DNA of 64,000 bases. Source: Azolla caroliniana. Taxonomy: Eukaryota; Plantae; Polypodiophyta. The stretch is from contig JBHGNT010000005.1 of the NCBI GenBank assembly GCA_043228905.1, positions 620,001 to 684,000 of the forward strand. Reading direction: 5' to 3'. The notes beneath the pieces were generated by a model. The model searched no databases and had not been told where the DNA came from. It was given only the letters and a program-made list of their open reading frames with translations. Below are positions 62,680-64,000 of the stretch, piece by piece (the first letter of the stretch is position 1; each line of letters starts with the position of its first letter). The position numbers and the translations under genes were made by a program.

Positions 62680-63756
62680 TTTTATTCCTTTTGCATTGAA
62701 GACAAAATTGGCGACCCCACTTCTTTATTTCCTATAAAAGGAGGTCGAGGGGGGCTCATTTGAGGAAGACGTTTTGGGAAGAGGAGACTATCGCCATTTT
62801 TCCTTCAGAGCTCTTCATCTTCTTCTTCACCACTTCTCTTCATCTCTTCATACCCCTTCATCCCCTCATCGCCATGAGCTCGTCTTCTTCGCGTTGGCAC
62901 TTGAAGTGCTCGTGAGCCCAAGCTTCGTTGGTTCAACGTTGCGAGCCCCGTTCGTCGTTGCGAGCCCGTATGCTCACCGTTCGGATGGTCATGGTTCGTT
63001 GGGGTTTGCATTTTGGTGGTGCTTGTGTGTTCATCTTTGCCGTGATCGGTTTTGCTCTTGTCTCTAAGGGCATTTAGTATTTCTGTTTTGATTGAGCTTG
63101 TGGTTGACTAGAAGTTGCCTTTGTAATCAAACCCAATTTTATAAAGGATCCTCTAGCGTTGGAATCGAACACATATTTATTTCTTTGGCTTATATCATTC
63201 ATGTTTCTTTCTTTCTTTGTCTGTGTCTTCCTTGTACGTTCGGCCATCTTGTGACGAGGGAGCGTTTCAGGCATACCCATGCACCTCTCCTCCTCATAAA
63301 GATGTACGGGCATTCGTGTTTGTGTTATCGTACCCTTGTGCGTTCATCTTGCGTACTCATCTTTGCTTGTACCCGTTTGATCACTTGGCTCGTGCGGTGA
63401 TCTCGAAAGGTCGACGAGTCGTGATCAACGAAAGCCGCCGACCTCACAAACAAAGGGCAACGAGCCTTTGCTCGGGAAGGGTTTGTAGAGAGGATTCGTA
63501 GAGTGAGTTCGTAGAGAGGGTTCGTAGAGTGAGTTGGTAGAGAGGATTCGTAGAGAGGATTTGTAGAGTGAGGATTCATAGAGAGGATTCGTAGAGTGAG
63601 TTAGTAGAGAGGATTTGTAGAGTGAGTTCAAAGAGTGCTTTATATTTATAAGATTTAAAATAAATAAATAATTAATTATTTGTCGCTTGAGTACTCCCTA
63701 GTCCAAGACCCCCGTGGTCCCGCCCAAGTAACACATGCACGCGAAACTTCGCGACA
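62680..63756 (+). mobile_element. 3' portion of a Gypsy-type LTR related to the solo LTR at 9475-10302, cut on the left by the Copia insertion
   Basis: CTATAAAAGG near 62732. The end CTCCCTAGTCCAAGACCCCCGTGGTCCCGCC...CGCGAAACTTCGCGACA is nearly identical to 10241-10302. Internal GTAGAG(A/T)G-type short tandem array at 63485-63629. Confidence 0.8.
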
Positions 63757-63857
63757 ACGCCCCTCTCCCTACATAGGCATATGATAGGTAGAGGAGACTA
63801 AGAAGTGTTGTAACTAAGTGGATTTTACATACAATTAATATAATTGTGTGCTTTTAC

Positions 63858-63918
<61 letters not shown>

Positions 63919-64000
63919 ATGAACGACACACTAGGGATGATTAACACAAGTCTAGCTTAAAGACTTTCTCTATATTAATATGCATCAAGTTCAAAAATAC

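Noticed and set aside
63485-63629. GTAGAG-based short tandem array giving repetitive ORFs
   Set aside because: It lies within a Gypsy-type LTR and is ordinary LTR-internal repeat expansion, not a gene.

Overview
Plant nuclear DNA, AT-rich and retrotransposon-dense. The gene and transposon types suggest a non-seed plant such as a fern or lycophyte, but that is inference only. Three intact host genes lie on the minus strand: 40S ribosomal protein S8 (5 exons, 4345-6505), a single-exon four-finger C2H2/EAR repressor of the DAZ1/ZAT type (37225-40164), and red chlorophyll catabolite reductase (2 exons, 51964-55954). The rest is mostly transposable elements: two truncated Copia elements, a Copia solo LTR, LINE and SWIM-transposase relics, and a deep nest at 9.2-29.7 kb (L1 LINE <- solo LTR; L1 LINE <- LTR fragment <- Athila-like element with extra ORFs <- very young 7.1 kb Gypsy with apparently identical LTRs). 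The most notable signals concern the young Gypsy lineage. It has a tRNA-Trp primer site and gag, protease and pol in three frames. The protease/RT junction carries a GGAUUUU slippery site plus a hairpin or pseudoknot. Three related LTR insertions share a 21-nt U5 motif, and all sit at a CpG-centred RCGY 4-bp target. All calls come from reading the sequence by eye; no searches or computations were run.
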